DNA of 64,000 bases from a virus: the IMG/VR virus record IMGVR_UViG_3300045135_002242, positions 31,790 to 95,789 of that record; one strand, given 5' to 3'. The first letter of the stretch is position 1. Each line of letters starts with the position of its first letter. Below the pieces are notes generated by a model that was not told the DNA's origin, did not search any database, and saw only the letters and a program-made list of their open reading frames with translations. The translations under genes and the position numbers were made by a program. Shown piece after piece: positions 62,524-64,000 of this stretch.

Positions 62524-63639
62524 ATGAAAACTGAATGTAATGCCGTATTCCTGTTTATCGCAGAACTCACCGGTAGCTTCAATCCGGGAACAGGTACTGT
62601 AGAAGATAAAATCCTAGATGGTCAACTTGATTACATCAAAGGAAATCTACCGGAACTGGACCTAGAGCAGGAGGAAGATCGTAAAGATCTGCATGAAATG
62701 TTGTGGCTTGAACGCCTCTACGAAGAACTAGATAGGTACTTTGAACTAGATTCTTCAGATATCATGACTCGTTTCGAAGCAATCGAGAACAATAAGTACC
62801 GAACTGAAACTTATCGTTGGACAGTGCCTATTGAACTAGATGCAAGTGCGTCAATGCTTCAATACGAAGGTATCCTTCTAGGGGATAAGAGGCTAATGGA
62901 AATGACTAATGTCATCGGAAAGACTCTACAAGACCCCTGGAAGCTTGATGGTATGTCACGTACTATGCTGAAGAAAGCAGCAACACCTATGCTCTACGGG
63001 TCTGCTAGAGCTTGTCATGAGCTGTGGCAAAGCAACAATATCAGCTATACAGCAAAAGACATTGAGCTGTACTCTAAAGAACTAGCGGATGGTCCTTTCG
63101 GGCTAGCAAACTTGCTAAAAGAGTTCATCATTAATAACGCAGATCCAAAAACAGAAATGAAAGTAAAGATCTGGAATGAGGAGTTCAAAATCAGCTGCAA
63201 CCGCTACCGAAATGTGGGAGAAAAGACTAAAGCATACAAGATCTGGGATAGCGTTGATGAACAATACAATATCGTATTGCATACTGATACAAAGAAAGTA
63301 CCTGATCTAAAGCAATTTAAACGTTACTTCATGACCCTACTTGTCCATAATTTAGACAGCCAAGTAGCAAATACTGTTATCGGTAAAGTAATGGAAAAGT
63401 ATGATTGGGGTATTCCAATTCATGATGCGTTTATTGTCTCCCCTGCTGCTGCAGAAGACGTACGTCGTTGGTATGCTGAAGAACTAGAGAAGATCTACGA
63501 GAATCGTAAACAGATTCTAGCAGATTTCTTCAAAAGCATTGGCATTACCTCTGCCGCAACAAAGCAATGGGAAGACCTTAAAACTAAGGTTGTACCGTTT
63601 GAAGGTGAATTCAAAGCTAGCCCAATGGCTCTTAAATAA
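62524..63639 (+). CDS. RNA polymerase II large subunit (N4 gp16-like)
   Basis: Motif A ELDASAS, motif B RTMLKKAATPMLYG, motif C IHDAF; start re-called at ATG 62524. Confidence 0.88.
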   Translation: MKTECNAVFLFIAELTGSFNPGTGTVEDKILDGQLDYIKGNLPELDLEQEEDRKDLHEMLWLERLYEELDRYFELDSSDIMTRFEAIENNKYRTETYRWTVPIELDASASMLQYEGILLGDKRLMEMTNVIGKTLQDPWKLDGMSRTMLKKAATPMLYGSARACHELWQSNNISYTAKDIELYSKELADGPFGLANLLKEFIINNADPKTEMKVKIWNEEFKISCNRYRNVGEKTKAYKIWDSVDEQYNIVLHTDTKKVPDLKQFKRYFMTLLVHNLDSQVANTVIGKVMEKYDWGIPIHDAFIVSPAAAEDVRRWYAEELEKIYENRKQILADFFKSIGITSAATKQWEDLKTKVVPFEGEFKASPMALK

Positions 63640-63646
63640 CTAATAA

Positions 63647-63681
63647 GGTCGATACCCGAAAGGGTGTCGGCTTTATTTTTT
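63647..63681 (+). terminator. Rho-independent terminator
   Basis: GGTCGATACCC GAAA GGGTGTCGGCT TTATTTTTT. Confidence 0.85.
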
Positions 63682-63849
63682 GGCTAAAGCAGCTTCAAGG
63701 CCGTAAACCTTATTATAGATCTCAGCTCTACTAACTCCAATATCCTTAAGCTCTTTATCGCTCATATGGTGTAGCTGCCAATAAGCGGCTCTACGTTCTT
63801 GCACTTCCATCAAACTAGCCATTAAGGTCTTAAAAAATCTCTTAATCAT
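63673..63849 (-). CDS. DUF1127 (YjiS-like) small protein
   Basis: RRAAYWQLHHMSDKELKDIGVSRAEI matches the L..LSD..L.DIG..R.DI signature. Confidence 0.85.
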   Translation of the reverse strand: MIKRFFKTLMASLMEVQERRAAYWQLHHMSDKELKDIGVSRAEIYNKVYGLEAALAKK

Positions 63850-63950
63850 AGCATTACCTACCAATATAATTAAACTAGAGTAATACTAGCATCTAACAAG
63901 GCAAGGCTGCTCTAGCTTTTTTTGCATGCTTGCTATGATATAAAGGAATA

Positions 63951-63981
<31 letters not shown>

Positions 63982-64000
63982 GATTTATTATATATGAAAT

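Overview
About 64 kb of an AT-rich N4-like (Schitoviridae-type) lytic podophage genome, apparently circularly permuted, with the likely genome ends or early control region near 59.1-59.9 kb. The + strand middle region (1-17.1 kb) carries replication and nucleotide-metabolism genes: exonuclease, Sak4-like ATPase, SSB, metallophosphoesterase, SF1 helicase, split family-A DNA polymerase, RusA-like resolvase, nrdAB, MazG-like protein, and a ClpP-like protease interrupted by a group I intron with an HNH-AP2 homing endonuclease. The - strand late region (17.1-59.1 kb) holds a giant virion RNA polymerase split into two genes, ejection/tail proteins, N4-type major capsid, portal, lysis cassette, fibres, terminase and a ParB-like protein. 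The + strand early region (59.4-63.6 kb) ends in the two-subunit T7-like RNAP II. Main observations: (1) six unrelated small or accessory proteins end in the same register-exact C-terminal tag, x-P-E-x-hydrophobic-[L/V]-stop, a candidate phage protein-tagging system (degron or docking); (2) a group I intron in the ClpP-like gene; (3) two free-standing homing endonucleases that inserted inside genes and rebuilt the broken gene end; (4) a T5orf172/GIY-YIG-like module at the vRNAP N-terminus; (5) a TGCGCA box array overlapping the ParB-like gene promoters; (6) several relics, non-canonical starts and read-through candidates. All functional calls come from motif recognition by eye; no database searches were run.
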